The notes under the pieces were generated by a model. That model ran no database searches. It worked only from the letters and a program-made list of their open reading frames with translations, and was not told where the DNA came from. Source: Takakia lepidozioides (Eukaryota > Plantae > Bryophyta). From it: a stretch of 64,000 nucleotides of DNA. Made by a program: the position numbers and the translations under genes. The stretch lies in assembly GCA_030704615.1 (NCBI GenBank), contig CM060733.1, positions 74,710,001 to 74,774,000 of the forward strand. The letters run 5' to 3'. The stretch's first letter is position 1. The number at the start of each line of letters is the position of its first letter. Shown here one piece after another: positions 63,301 through 64,000 of this stretch.

Positions 63301-64000
63301 GGGCCTACAACTGGAAAATGGCGCCGAATTTCCACTTCGGGGCCAGCCACCCTAGGGACTTAGCCCGAAAATGGCCAAGTCCCTGAACGGCAATAGGGCC
63401 TAGAACTGGAAAATGGCGCCGAATTTCCAGTTCAGGGCCAGCCAGTCTAGGGACTTAGCCATTTTCGGAGCCCTGACTGGAAATTCGGCGCCATTTTCCC
63501 TAATACCACATGAGGCTTCTAACATCCTGAAATGCAAGGACTTCAAAGAAAGGCAGCGCGTATGTACCTGTACAGAAGGCGCATTGCTGCTTTGTCCGCG
63601 TTCGGCTGGTCGGTGAACTCGTGGCTCCGGCGAGCATCTGCTATCTCCCGAAAGAATAGGTTGGTTTTGTAGAGCAGAAAGTACCTCGTCACATAGTCAC
63701 GTAGGCTCTCTGCTGCAGGAGATATCTCTATCTTGAACTGATGTGCTTGTGTGTCCAGCTGCTCTTGCGCATTCGTCGTCACCTGTGGAGATTCTCCATC
63801 AGATCGCTTTCCTTCAAAAATACAATGAATCCTCCCCCTACTAGAGTAGAAGCCCCAAACGAAGCGTGGGGAAGTACCTGAAACCACCATGTCATGTGGT
63901 TCATCCACATGTTGTGAAAATCGTTTCTTTCCCAAGTCCCTACTTTCTAATCACCGCCCCAACATCTACTAATCAGCTAAGCCTAATTCCCCTGGTCGTG
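60345..64000 (-). CDS. Spliced gene for a beta-class DNA amino-methyltransferase-like (N6_N4_Mtase-type) protein; 5' end lies outside this arm
   Basis: Exons >=64000-63568, 62694-61570, 61481-61217, 61132-60934, 60804-60345 with phase-compatible GT-AG introns. Motif IV-like DMILLDIPDG, LLDDGGCVVV, W...E..CFVK, then RSPAFIQTLMETCSDIQGRILDLTCGTG|ASMWAG..RHVFAFEPD. One frameshift near 61660. Confidence 0.75.
62770..63500. repeat. ~95-bp tandem array inside an intron of the methyltransferase gene
   Basis: GGCGCC centres at 62943, 63038, 63132, 63227, 63322, 63417; lies within intron 62695-63567. Confidence 0.92.

Larger units (their letters stand above)
60124..64000 (-). mobile_element. MULE-like element copy 2, right arm (TIR and methyltransferase cargo gene)
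   Basis: GGGGGCTGCTATTTCATGAGC terminus; flank reads (c)ttaaaaag on the minus strand, matching 45073-45081. Confidence 0.85.

Noticed and set aside
60345-64000. Bacterial or phage contamination as the source of the methyltransferase
   Set aside because: It has phase-compatible spliceosomal introns and lies inside TIRs with a TSD in a plant-type Gypsy element.

Overview
This is eukaryotic DNA made almost entirely of transposons, with no ordinary host genes and no rRNA or tRNA genes. It is probably bryophyte or another early-diverging streptophyte plant (inference from element types). It holds nested, decayed and repeatedly inverted copies of four Ty3/Gypsy LTR-retrotransposon families (called A-D here) and pieces of three insertions of one large Mutator-like (MULE) DNA transposon. 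Two mobile elements carry their own DNA methyltransferase. (1) The MULE-like element (at least 12 kb, short imperfect TIRs, 9-bp TSD) has a spliced DDE/SWIM transposase and a divergently oriented, intron-containing cargo: a ParB/Srx-like exon plus a beta-class N6A/N4C-type amino-methyltransferase. Its arrays of GGCGCC-centred palindromes have spacings (53, 74, 85, 95-96 bp) that are all whole helical turns. (2) Gypsy family A has a C5-cytosine methyltransferase domain inside pol, between protease and RT. Matched TSDs and complementary transposase breakpoints reveal several inversions. All domain calls come from reading motifs by eye, and most ORFs are broken by frameshifts or stops.
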